From Arcobacter sp. (GTDB lineage: Bacteria > Campylobacterota > Campylobacteria > Campylobacterales > Arcobacteraceae), in NCBI GenBank assembly GCA_003252105.1, contig QKDL01000085.1:1106-65105 (forward strand): DNA of 64,000 nucleotides. The letters are read 5' to 3'. The translations under genes were made by a program, and so were the position numbers. Shown here piece after piece: positions 28,408-37,759 of the stretch. The notes under the pieces are model-generated. The model was given only the letters and a program-made list of their open reading frames with translations. It was not told where the DNA came from and ran no database searches. Within the stretch, counting starts at the first letter, position 1. Each line of letters begins with the position of its first letter.

Positions 28408-29814
28408 ATGGTAAATAAAAGTATATTTCGAGAATATGATATTAGAGGAATTGTTGGTTCTGATTTAAATAGTGAATCTGTTAAATTAATCGGTTTTTAT
28501 CTTGGGAAAAAAGTTTATGAACAATTTAAAGAGGATTCATATGTATCAATAGGTTATGATGCAAGAACTCATTCTCCTGAACTTTTTTCATATCTAGCTA
28601 GTGGTTTTAACAAAGCTGGATGTATTGTTTTAAATATGGGAATGGTTGCAACTGGTATAAACTACTTTTCAAACTATCAAACTTTTGAAATTGAGGGTAA
28701 AAAAGTACAACCAAATACTTCTGTTATGATTACAGGAAGCCATAACCCAAGTGAATACAATGGATTTAAAATCACTTTTGATAAAAAACCTTTTTTTGGT
28801 GAAGATATCTACTCTTTAGGGGATGAAATTCTTGCAAATCCAATTGAAATTGAAGACAACGACAAAAACTATGCAATAGATGTAAAATCTTTATATATAG
28901 ATTATATTGTAAATGAGTTTTCATTTTTAAAAGGGATGAAACAAAAGTTTGTAATAGATTGTGGTAATGGTGTAGCTGATACTGTTTTAACAACTATTTT
29001 AGACAAACTAGAACTAAATTATGATGGTTTATTTTGTACACCAGATGGTACCTTCCCAAATCATCACCCAGATCCAAGTGAAGAGAAAAACCTAAAAGAT
29101 ATTATGGAAGCTTTAAAAGGAGATTACGAGTTTGGTTTTGCATACGATGGAGATGCCGATAGAATCGCATTCTTAACAAAGAAATACAATGTAAAAGGTG
29201 ATATCATGGCATTGCTTTTTGCAAAAACTATGACTAACCCTACTATTATTGGAGAGGTAAAATGTACACAAGTAATGTATGACCTTATCAATGAAAAAGG
29301 GACAGCAGTTATGTACAAAACTGGTCACTCAAATTTAAAAGTAAAACTAAAAGAGTTAAATGCTGATTTAGCAGCAGAAGTTTCAGGACATATTTTCTTC
29401 AACGATAGATATTTTGGATTCGATGATGCGATATATGCAACTTTTAGATTACTTGAACTAATCTATAATAAAATGGATATAGATAAAGAGATAGATGCCT
29501 TACCTAAAACATTTTCAACAGAAGAGATAAAAGTAAAAACAACAGAAGAGGAAAAATTCTTACTGATTGATAAAGTAAAAGAGCTTTTAAAAAACCCACC
29601 AGCAGGATTCCCACATATCAAAGATATTATTGATGTTGATGGTGTAAGAGTTATTTTTGACGAAGGTTGGGGACTTGTAAGAGCTTCAAATACAACTCCT
29701 GTATTAGTAACAAGATTCGAATCTACAAATGAAACAAAAGCAAAAGAGTATGAAGAGTGTTTAAACTCATTAATTCAAACGGCAAAAGATGAACTTAATA
29801 GCGCTTCAAACTAA
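28408..29814 (+). CDS. Phosphomannomutase/phosphoglucomutase
   Basis: FREYDIRG, TGSHNP, YDGDADR, RASNT. Confidence 0.92.
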   Translation: MVNKSIFREYDIRGIVGSDLNSESVKLIGFYLGKKVYEQFKEDSYVSIGYDARTHSPELFSYLASGFNKAGCIVLNMGMVATGINYFSNYQTFEIEGKKVQPNTSVMITGSHNPSEYNGFKITFDKKPFFGEDIYSLGDEILANPIEIEDNDKNYAIDVKSLYIDYIVNEFSFLKGMKQKFVIDCGNGVADTVLTTILDKLELNYDGLFCTPDGTFPNHHPDPSEEKNLKDIMEALKGDYEFGFAYDGDADRIAFLTKKYNVKGDIMALLFAKTMTNPTIIGEVKCTQVMYDLINEKGTAVMYKTGHSNLKVKLKELNADLAAEVSGHIFFNDRYFGFDDAIYATFRLLELIYNKMDIDKEIDALPKTFSTEEIKVKTTEEEKFLLIDKVKELLKNPPAGFPHIKDIIDVDGVRVIFDEGWGLVRASNTTPVLVTRFESTNETKAKEYEECLNSLIQTAKDELNSASN

Positions 29815-30514
29815 AACTTTACACAGCTTTCAAGAAAATTTAGACCACTTAAAAGAGTTAATCCTTCAATGTGAAGATAACTCTTTTATATTAGCACCAG
29901 AAGTGTGTTTAACAGGCTTTTGTTATGAAAAGATGGAAGAAGCTAGTGAATTTAATAAAAAAGCTATAGAAGAGCTAAGACTATTAAGTACAAATAAAAC
30001 TATAGCTTTAACCTTTATAACAAAAAAAGAGCACCAATACTATAATACTCTTTATATTTTTCATAAAGAAAAGATTATACATACTCAATCAAAACATAGA
30101 TTATTCCCACTTGGGGATGAACCTACATATTTTGCTAGTGGAGATTTAGAAGATATGAAAATAATAGATATAGATGGTGTAAAAGTTGCCACTCTTATCT
30201 GTTTTGAGATTAGATTTCCTCAATATTGGTTAAAAGTTTTAGGAGCAGATTTGATACTAAATCCATCTATGTGGGGTGTAAAAAGAAAAAAACACTTTGA
30301 AACCATGACAAAAGCCTTAGCTGTTGCTAATCAATGTTTTGTACTTACATCAAATAGCGCTGATGAAAATATGGCAAAAGGAAGTGGTATAATCTCTCCT
30401 TGGGCAGATGAGTTTAGAGATGATACAAAAGAGTTAATAGAACAAACTATTGATTTAAAAGAAGTAAAAAAGATAAGAAAATATATAGATATAGGATTAA
30501 ATACTAATGGCTAA
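29789..30514 (+). CDS. Carbon-nitrogen hydrolase family protein
   Basis: APEV, K in QSKHRLF, ICFEIRFP catalytic triad. Confidence 0.88.
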   Translation: MNLIALQTKTLHSFQENLDHLKELILQCEDNSFILAPEVCLTGFCYEKMEEASEFNKKAIEELRLLSTNKTIALTFITKKEHQYYNTLYIFHKEKIIHTQSKHRLFPLGDEPTYFASGDLEDMKIIDIDGVKVATLICFEIRFPQYWLKVLGADLILNPSMWGVKRKKHFETMTKALAVANQCFVLTSNSADENMAKGSGIISPWADEFRDDTKELIEQTIDLKEVKKIRKYIDIGLNTNG

Positions 30515-30953
30515 AGCAAAATCAGTAATTTTTGTTTGTTTAGGAAATATTTGTCGTTCACCTCTTGCGGAAGGGGTAGCTAAAGAGTATGCAAAAAAGA
30601 ACAATCTTGATATAAAAATTTCAAGTGCAGGAACAGGAAGCTGGCATATAGGAGAGCCTCCATGTGATAACTCTATCGAAGTTGCAAAAATAAATGGAAT
30701 CGATATTTCAGATCAAAGGGCTCAACAAATAAACAAAATACTTATAGATGAGTTTGATTTAATTATTGCACTTGACGATAAAAATATAACTGACTTAAAA
30801 AGAATGGGAGCGAACCCTCTTAAACTTGGAGATTATGGCTATGATGGGGATGATGTACCAGATCCTTATTTTTTTCCAGGATTTGAAGGTTTTGACAAAG
30901 TTTTTGAAATGATTAAAATATGTGTTGAGAATCTTCTTAAACAGAAGATCTAA
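30507..30953 (+). CDS. Low-molecular-weight protein-tyrosine phosphatase
   Basis: VCLGNICRSP, VPDPY. Confidence 0.92.
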   Translation: MAKAKSVIFVCLGNICRSPLAEGVAKEYAKKNNLDIKISSAGTGSWHIGEPPCDNSIEVAKINGIDISDQRAQQINKILIDEFDLIIALDDKNITDLKRMGANPLKLGDYGYDGDDVPDPYFFPGFEGFDKVFEMIKICVENLLKQKI

Positions 30954-31359
30954 CACTTATTTTTGTAGCATAATTTTTAGCTTGACCAATCCAATCTTGC
31001 TCTTTAATTTGATTATCTTCTAATATAAAATACTCTTCAAGCCAATGGCAATTTTTAGAATTCCATTTACAAATTTGGTCAAAATGATAGATACCAAGTT
31101 CATTTAACTTTGTTTCAAGCTCTCTATCAATCCCTTCAATCTGTTTTAAATCATCTTTTCCACCAGGTCGTGGGGCACTTCTAATTAATGGTTTATTATA
31201 TACATTTGCTTGTATTTTATTATTCATCAAAGAAGGATTTGCATTGTATACAGTTTTTCTATCTCCACCAAAAGCTTTTCCAACAATAAAACCTATCAAA
31301 AACCCAATAATTGTTGCAATAACTAAACATAATACTATTTGAGACGCTATTTCAATCAC
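30937..31359 (-). CDS. Membrane-anchored protein with C-terminal helix-hairpin-helix-like domain
   Basis: N-terminal TM; DDLKQIEGID..LETKLNELGIYHFDQI..W. Confidence 0.6.
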   Translation of the reverse strand: MIEIASQIVLCLVIATIIGFLIGFIVGKAFGGDRKTVYNANPSLMNNKIQANVYNKPLIRSAPRPGGKDDLKQIEGIDRELETKLNELGIYHFDQICKWNSKNCHWLEEYFILEDNQIKEQDWIGQAKNYATKISVRSSV

Positions 31360-31361
31360 TT

Positions 31362-32114
31362 TTATTCCCCAATTATATTAAATTCTACTCTTCTATTAAT
31401 CAAAGAATACCCTTCTGCATTGTTTTTTACAGCTGGTATATCCTCCCCATATCCTCTAGCAACCAATCTTTCTTCCGAAATTCCATATGATGTTATTAGT
31501 TCTTTTATTTTTTCTGCCCTTTTAATAGAAATCATTTTATTTAAATCATCTGGACCAGCAGCATCTGTGTGTCCTGCTATTTCTATTTTGATATTCTCTT
31601 CACTTTTAAGAAGTCTTGCTATAAAATCAACTGTTTTTTCACTTTTTCTTAGAATATCATCAGATGCTCTTTTAAATATTATAGGGTTTTTAGCAATCTC
31701 TTCATTGATTTTTATTTGAAGCTCTTGAGTTTTTATAGATAAATCTTGAATATATTTTTCATCATTTTCTCTAATATATTTATCTTTATCTATAGAAATT
31801 AGAGGTGTAATCTCTTCTTTTACTATATTTTCATTTGCTTTATTGTTTAAATCGTTTGTTGAAAGTGTCTCTTTAGTTGTTTCTTCAACTGTTATTGTGT
31901 TGTTTTGAACTAATGATGTGTCAGAAATAGGAGTAGATTCTTTTATAGGTTCTTTAATATCATTTATTGATTTTTCATTTTTGGTAACTAAATTATTATT
32001 TGTAGGATTATGATTTGTTTTTTCAAATATTTCTTGAGTATGATTATAAACACAAGAAACAATTAAAATAATTAATATTAAGAATAAAAATATAACTTTT
32101 TTTTCTGCATTCAT
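31362..32114 (-). CDS. OmpA-family peptidoglycan-binding protein
   Basis: IAGHTD, SIKRA, GYGED, NRRVE. Confidence 0.85.
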   Translation of the reverse strand: MNAEKKVIFLFLILIILIVSCVYNHTQEIFEKTNHNPTNNNLVTKNEKSINDIKEPIKESTPISDTSLVQNNTITVEETTKETLSTNDLNNKANENIVKEEITPLISIDKDKYIRENDEKYIQDLSIKTQELQIKINEEIAKNPIIFKRASDDILRKSEKTVDFIARLLKSEENIKIEIAGHTDAAGPDDLNKMISIKRAEKIKELITSYGISEERLVARGYGEDIPAVKNNAEGYSLINRRVEFNIIGE

Positions 32115-32208
32115 TCAAATAGACTCTTTATTAAACTTATTTGAATAGGATACCAAAAAAAGATTAACTTTTAGTTAATAAATAACAAAAATAAATAAAT
32201 TTATTACA

Positions 32209-32298
32209 TTAAAATAAGATAGAATAAAATAAATATGCATTAAAATAATATAAAACTGACATAATTAGTAATAATTTACTATTTTCATATTTTATCAT
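32209..32298 (-). CDS. Unannotated 29-aa hydrophobic peptide MIKYENSKLLLIMSVLYYFNAYLFYSILF
   Basis: AAAGGA RBS; paralogous to 32370-32462. Confidence 0.5.
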   Translation of the reverse strand: MIKYENSKLLLIMSVLYYFNAYLFYSILF

Positions 32299-32369
32299 GA
32301 CTTATCCTTTTACAATAAAATTAAGTAAAATTATAAATCTAAATTATTCCAATTTAATTACATTAAATA

Positions 32370-32462
32370 TTATAAAGCTATCATATAAGTAAAGAATGAA
32401 CTAAAGAAATAACCAACAGATAATAAAGCAAAAAGTATTTGACTTTCGTATTTTGCAATCAT
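32370..32462 (-). CDS. Unannotated 30-aa hydrophobic peptide MIAKYESQILFALLSVGYFFSSFFTYMIAL
   Basis: AAGGAG RBS; paralogous to 32209-32298. Confidence 0.55.
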   Translation of the reverse strand: MIAKYESQILFALLSVGYFFSSFFTYMIAL

Positions 32463-32639
32463 AATGACTCCTTCTATGATTTAAAACTACCAATATTTGC
32501 CAAAACATCCTAATACTAAATATTATAACCCAAAAATAAATTTTTTAAAATTTTATTTATATTAAATAATATATCCCTATATTTCGGTGTTATAAAATCA
32601 TTTTGGTAAAATTTTATTTACTAAACTTAAAATTTAAAA

Positions 32640-33110
32640 CTAGTTATTCCAATTTTTAAAAGGATTTTTCATCAATTGATTATTGTAATATCTAATATCA
32701 GTAGTAACTTCTTTAGTAACCCAAAAGGGTAACTTTATCTCTTCATTTTCATCTTCTAGTTCAACTTCAGCTACAACTAAACCATCATTTTCCCCATAAA
32801 ATAAATCGACTTCCCAAAGATGTTTATCATAGTTTATCTCATATCTTATTTTGTCTATTATAGGTTTTAAACAGAGTTTTTCAAGCATCTCAATACCATC
32901 TTCATATGGAATTTCATATTCAAACTCTAATCTCGTGGCTGCTTTGTTTTCCCCTTTTATTGTAAGATAAGCTTTTTTGCCTTTTATTCTCACTCTTACA
33001 ACTGTATTGTCTGTTGTATTTATATAACCTTGTTTTATCTCAATCCCATTAGTTAAATTGCCTAATTTATTTAAATCAACTAAAAATTTTCTTTCTATCT
33101 CTAATGCCAT
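32640..33110 (-). CDS. CYTH domain protein
   Basis: EIERKFLV, QGY, RVR, EFEYEI, EVEL. Confidence 0.88.
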   Translation of the reverse strand: MALEIERKFLVDLNKLGNLTNGIEIKQGYINTTDNTVVRVRIKGKKAYLTIKGENKAATRLEFEYEIPYEDGIEMLEKLCLKPIIDKIRYEINYDKHLWEVDLFYGENDGLVVAEVELEDENEEIKLPFWVTKEVTTDIRYYNNQLMKNPFKNWNN

Positions 33111-33119
33111 AAATACTCG

Positions 33120-33563
33120 TTATAGATCTTCTAACTCATCTAATGTAGCTGTCCAAGAGTTTGTAAAGATATGTGTTTCAAGAATACTTCTAATCCCATC
33201 AGGTATATTAACAGATTGTTTTGTTACAAAATTGTAATGTATCATAATACACTTTCCTATAGTACATAGTTTGTTTTCTTGATAAACTGCATGTGTTAGT
33301 TCAATTGATGAGTTTCCAATTTTTGAAATACCTGTTTTTATAACAACATCTTTACCCCAAAAAACCTCTTTTAGGAAATCAAAAGAGCTATGAGCCATCA
33401 CAAGATTCCACTCTTTTATATTTGAATCAGGATTGAAAATACGAAAGAACTTATCCCTTGCAGCCTCAAACCACACACCGTATGTATTGTTGTTTATATG
33501 CCCTAAAGCATCTGTTTCTAAAAATCTTGGTGTAATTACCTCTGTAAACATTTTTAACTCCAA
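33120..33563 (-). CDS. Acyl-CoA thioesterase (4HBT/hotdog fold)
   Basis: RFLETDALGHINN, WFEAAR, IGNSS. Confidence 0.85.
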   Translation of the reverse strand: MELKMFTEVITPRFLETDALGHINNNTYGVWFEAARDKFFRIFNPDSNIKEWNLVMAHSSFDFLKEVFWGKDVVIKTGISKIGNSSIELTHAVYQENKLCTIGKCIMIHYNFVTKQSVNIPDGIRSILETHIFTNSWTATLDELEDL

Positions 33564-33642
33564 AATAAAATAATATAGTTTAACACAAAGGTTTTAGAAA
33601 ATGTTTAAGAATAAAGCTTAAAAGAATGATTTTTTATTAGTA

Positions 33643-34269
33643 TTAAGCAAATATATCATTTGTTTTGTTATTTGACTGAGAACTACTATTTTGTTCATAT
33701 TGATTTTTGGCATTTTGTGAATACTCATCAGAGTTTGAAATCTTATCTTGAATCTCTTTTGCAAACTCTTGTTGGGCTTTCATCATCATAACCCTAGCCT
33801 TTGAAGCGATTGAAAGATCTTGTGGACTAGGATCAGCTGGCGCTAAAGCTGTTGCAATCACTCCTTGTAGATTAGAAACCGTTTCTTGAGGAGTTGAACC
33901 AGTTTCAATACGTACAGGAACCTCACCACCAACAGCATACATAACCCCATCAGGACCCTTTTCATAAGTAAAAGAAGCTCCACCAGAAGCAGCTGGACCA
34001 CTTTGATGAGCTGCCTCATGAGCTCTTACTTTAGTATCAACTGCTTTAAGCTTAGATAGTTCAACTCTCTCATCTTGGGTTAGTTGTGTATTATCTTCGT
34101 TTTCTTGATTTTGATTGTTCTTAGACTCAGTAGCAGAATCGTTTTTTTCAACACCACGTGTATCTTGCTGCACCCCTTGTTGATTTGTTACAGCTTGTTG
34201 TTGAGCATTTGCCCGTGAAAAATAGTCGACGTTGTAGCCGAAGGTAGACGTGTAATTTCCTATTTCCAT
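33643..34269 (-). CDS. SprA-related putative metalloprotease
   Basis: VRAHEAAH (HExxH), GPDGVMYAVGGEV, ALAPADPSPQD. Confidence 0.8.
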   Translation of the reverse strand: MEIGNYTSTFGYNVDYFSRANAQQQAVTNQQGVQQDTRGVEKNDSATESKNNQNQENEDNTQLTQDERVELSKLKAVDTKVRAHEAAHQSGPAASGGASFTYEKGPDGVMYAVGGEVPVRIETGSTPQETVSNLQGVIATALAPADPSPQDLSIASKARVMMMKAQQEFAKEIQDKISNSDEYSQNAKNQYEQNSSSQSNNKTNDIFA

Positions 34270-34360
34270 AGTATAAATTTTATAAGAAGAAAAATTAAAA
34301 ATAAAGATGGTGGAAAAATTAGTTTTTAAAAATTAAAAAATATACTCTACAAACAAAAAT

Positions 34361-34897
34361 TTATCTTCCAACTTTAAATCCCATCACCTTTTCTTCTGTT
34401 TTTTTGGTATCTTCTAAAATCTGCTGTAGATACTCAAGGGCTAGTTTTATGTTTTTTCTATTTTCTAATGTTTGGTCTTTATGAAGTTTATTATCCTCTT
34501 TTATAGTATTTATCTCTTTTACTAAACTTTCATAAGATAAAGCAAATTCACGTATTTTTGTAAATGTTCTCATTATCGCTTTTGTAGTTTCAATTGCTAT
34601 ACTACTATTAATTACTGTTGCTAGCATATATACTCCTTGCTCAGTAAACACAAAAGGTAAAGTTCTAGCTCCACCCCAACTTGAAGTGACAAATTGGCAC
34701 TTCAAGATTTCAAACTCTTCTTTTGATAATTGAAACATAAAATCCTCATCAAAACGCTCAATATTTCTTTTAACTTGTCTGTTTAAATATTTTGTTTCTA
34801 CACCATATAGTTTAGCTATGTCTGATGCAAGCATAACTTGTTTGCCTCTTATATTATAAATCTTTGATTGGATTTGCTCAGATGGTAGATTTATCAT
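34361..34897 (-). CDS. ORF6N domain protein
   Basis: IRGKQVMLASDIAKLYGVET..LNRQVKRNIERF..DFMFQL; PFVFTEQGV. Confidence 0.88.
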   Translation of the reverse strand: MINLPSEQIQSKIYNIRGKQVMLASDIAKLYGVETKYLNRQVKRNIERFDEDFMFQLSKEEFEILKCQFVTSSWGGARTLPFVFTEQGVYMLATVINSSIAIETTKAIMRTFTKIREFALSYESLVKEINTIKEDNKLHKDQTLENRKNIKLALEYLQQILEDTKKTEEKVMGFKVGR

Positions 34898-35044
34898 GAT
34901 TACTCCTAAATTTTTTTGAGTATATCATTATAATTTAAGTAATTATATTTTTATTGCAAAGTGTAATGTTTTAATGTATTGGAAGAAGATTTAAACAGTG
35001 CTCAAATATTTTGATAATAGCTTTAACTGTATGCAGTTGTCTTG

Positions 35045-35285
35045 TAGAGCGAGGCTCTCCGCTTTCTCACTTTTTAATTGTAAAAAGTAAGACAAAAAGC
35101 AACCAGACGAGTTGTTGAAGCTAAAGTTCCCTACAGTTCTTAAATAAGTTTTCTGACCTGCGGGACTCCTTCCTAAACGTGACATTCAGTCACCTTTATC
35201 CAGTCAAACATCTCCTCGGTCTTTTCCGAAAATTATTTAAAAACTTCCGGCTTCAACAAAGTCTGGACAAATTCTCTAGCCACGA
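35045..35285 (-). ncRNA. Structured non-coding element A (multi-stem)
   Basis: long-range stems 35250-35266/35103-35121 and 35218-35244/35136-35158, hairpin GTGAC/GTCAC; G-U pairs favour the minus strand; GC-richer than flanks. Confidence 0.5.
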
Positions 35286-35354
35286 ACTTTCTGATGTAAA
35301 TTTAACATAACACCAATTCAAATAAAATGGTATAAAAAATTGCAAAAGTCAATT

Positions 35355-35570
35355 TCCCCTTTCCCGCATTTGAGAAGCCGAGTGTTTATTTATCTCTTTT
35401 GAAAACAAGTGACTAAACTGTTTGAAGCGTAAAGAAATGTGCTGGGAGCACATTTTAGCAAGTTTTTAGGCACTCAAAAGAGATAATTAATAAACGAGGG
35501 AACCTTCGGCTTCGAAACCTGTGGGATGGTTTCTTTGCTACTTTCTTTTTCATAAAAGAAAGTCGATAGA
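35355..35570 (+). ncRNA. Structured non-coding element B, same architecture as A
   Basis: GAAGCCGA/TCGGCTTC, TATCTCTTTTGA/TCAAAAGAGATA, AAATGTGCT/AGCACATTT, ACTTTCTTTT/AAAAGAAAGT. Confidence 0.5.
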
Positions 35571-35606
35571 AATTAAGACATATAGTAAAAGTTTATTCAA
35601 AACATA

Positions 35607-36500
35607 CTATACATTAACTTTCTCTAACTCCTTATATTTTTCAATTATAGTTTCATTTTTACCAAATGCTTTTATATTATATTCCAATAATCGTTTTTCT
35701 ATATCATTATTTAATCCTATATGTTCAAAAAATTCATAATTTTCTACTAGTTTTTTAAATTTTCTTTTTCCAATAGTTCCTAAACAATGATAAAATAAGA
35801 ATTCTAATTCGTCTTTAGTAAATTGTGCTCTATAAATATTTATATATTTTTGTTTATCTTTAATGTTACTTTCATTTATAAGTTTAAGTATTTGATAAAT
35901 TAAACCAAAATATGTACCTGTAAACTTTTCATGATATTTATTAAATAAATCATAATCTATTTTAAACTTTTCAGTTTTTAAACTTTTCAAATATCCTGAG
36001 ATTACAGTAATCCCTTTTTCTTTAATATTAGCAATATCTTTCATTTATTCTAATAATGAATCATCTACATATCCACCATTTACTAATACTTTACCACTTT
36101 TTGTAGTTACTATTTCAAAAAAGAATGATTCCCTTGTATGTAGAAAAACATTATTTAATTGAAAAAATGTGTTTTCAAATATTTGTAACTTAGTAGCTTT
36201 ATTTTTTAACTTTAATGATTTTGCTTGTTTTTTTTGATATTCACCTGAATTTTTAAATTCTGTTACTACTTGATTTAATTCTTTGGATTGAAGTTCAATA
36301 GTTGTCAATAAAGCAATAAAAGCCATAAATGCTAAAATAGGGTTTAATACTCCTCCAAAATAGTCTCCAAACTCTGCCCAAGTAGATTGTTTTCCAGACA
36401 ATCCATATATACCAAACTTAGCTAGATAAAGTATTAACACTGAAAGTATAATAAATACTGCTACAAACTTATATCTTTTCAGTTTTGTTTCTAAATCCAT
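35607..36500 (-). pseudogene. Putative phage abortive-infection protein (putAbiC-like) split by an in-frame TAA at 36045-36047
   Basis: FGDYFGGVLNPIL..FENTFFQL in the 5' ORF, YRAQFTKDELEFLFYHCL in the 3' ORF; both ORFs share one frame. Confidence 0.65.
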
Positions 36501-36540
36501 ATATTCCTCCTAAAAGAAATTTTATAATATTTATTTTTTA

Positions 36541-36632
36541 AGGTCAAGGCAGAGATTGAGTTTTATGGAGGAGCTTACTAGAAGTAAGTGAGTCCATAAA
36601 ATTTAAGCGCCAACGCAGAGATTGGCTTGTGT
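36541..36632 (+). ncRNA. Structured non-coding element C (multi-hairpin junction)
   Basis: TTTTATGGA/TCCATAAAA enclosing CTTAC/GTAAG; GCCAA/TTGGC hairpin with CGCAGAGA loop. Confidence 0.4.
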
Positions 36633-36648
36633 TTACACTCTCTTTGAG

Positions 36649-36675
36649 AAAAAGAGACTTTAGAAAATCTCTTTT
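36649..36675 (-). terminator. Intrinsic terminator of nrdAB
   Basis: AAAAGAGA..TCTCTTTTT at the nrdB stop. Confidence 0.6.
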
Positions 36676-37693
36676 AGAAATCGTCGAAGTCGATTGAACC
36701 TTTAGAATAATTAACAACATTCCCTTCAAAGAAATTCGTTCTTTGATCATTAAACGATGCATATCCATCTACCCATGGAATAGGGTGCTTCACATTGTAC
36801 ATAGGAGCGTATCCTACTGCATCTAGTCTTTTATCTGCTAGATATTGGATATATTGAGTGATAATACCATCTGTAAACCCTAGAATTTGCCCTTGAGTGA
36901 TATATGCTCCCCATGAAGCTTCTAACTCTACTGCTCTTCTAAACATTGCTCTTACTGTCTCTTCTAACTCTTTTGTAAAAAGTTCTGGTCTCTCTTTTCT
37001 TGTTGAGTTAATCATATTTTGGAAAAGTAAAAGGTGCGTTACTTCATCCCTTTGGATAAATCTAATCATTTGTGATGAACCTAACATTTTTCCTGATTTA
37101 CCAAGTGCATACATTGCTGCAAATCCTGCATAAAAGTAGATACCTTCTAAGATTTGGTTTGCAAACATTGCTAAAACAATTTTTTCATCAGTAATTCCAC
37201 CTGCAAGGTTTTTATATACACCTGCGATATAATCATTTTTTTCTCTAAGCTTAGCATCATTTTTCCACATATCATAGATAAGGTCTGTATTATCTGAGAT
37301 TGATTCAACCATAACTGCATATGATTTTGAGTGGTTAGCTTCTTCGTATGATTGTCTTGAAAGACAAGCATTAATCTCTGGAACTGTAATATATGGGTTA
37401 ATATTATCCATTAAGTTATTTGTTTGTAATGAATCCATAAAGATTAATTGCGATAATACTAAGTCATACATCCTTTTTTCTGCTGGTGATAAGTACTTAT
37501 AGTCTTTTGCATCCCCTGTCATTTGTACTTCTCTTGGAAACCATGTATTTGCTTCCATTGTATCCCATAGATTTAAAGCCCATTGGTATTTCATTCTTGT
37601 AAAGTTAATCATACCATCGGGATTACCACCAAAAATTCTTCTATCGTTTAATTTCTCTTTTGATTCTGGATTGTAAATAAGTTTTCTTGACAT
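36674..37693 (-). CDS. nrdB: Ribonucleotide reductase class Ia beta subunit
   Basis: [33 protein letters not shown]. Confidence 0.93.
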   Translation of the reverse strand: MSRKLIYNPESKEKLNDRRIFGGNPDGMINFTRMKYQWALNLWDTMEANTWFPREVQMTGDAKDYKYLSPAEKRMYDLVLSQLIFMDSLQTNNLMDNINPYITVPEINACLSRQSYEEANHSKSYAVMVESISDNTDLIYDMWKNDAKLREKNDYIAGVYKNLAGGITDEKIVLAMFANQILEGIYFYAGFAAMYALGKSGKMLGSSQMIRFIQRDEVTHLLLFQNMINSTRKERPELFTKELEETVRAMFRRAVELEASWGAYITQGQILGFTDGIITQYIQYLADKRLDAVGYAPMYNVKHPIPWVDGYASFNDQRTNFFEGNVVNYSKGSIDFDDF

Positions 37694-37759
37694 AGGGGGA
37701 ACCTCTTTTTATATATTATTCGATTTTTTTAATTTGATTATGAAGTTTTCAAAGTTATC

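Noticed and set aside
34991-35739. ORF-track entries 34991-35185 and 35521-35739
   Set aside because: No RBS or motifs; they overlap structured elements or are antisense to a real gene
34900-36670. IS element or prophage call for the islet
   Set aside because: No transposase, integrase, terminal inverted repeats with target duplication or att sites were found
36544-36768. ORF-track 74-aa ORF
   Set aside because: Out-of-frame overlap with the nrdB end, its terminator and element C
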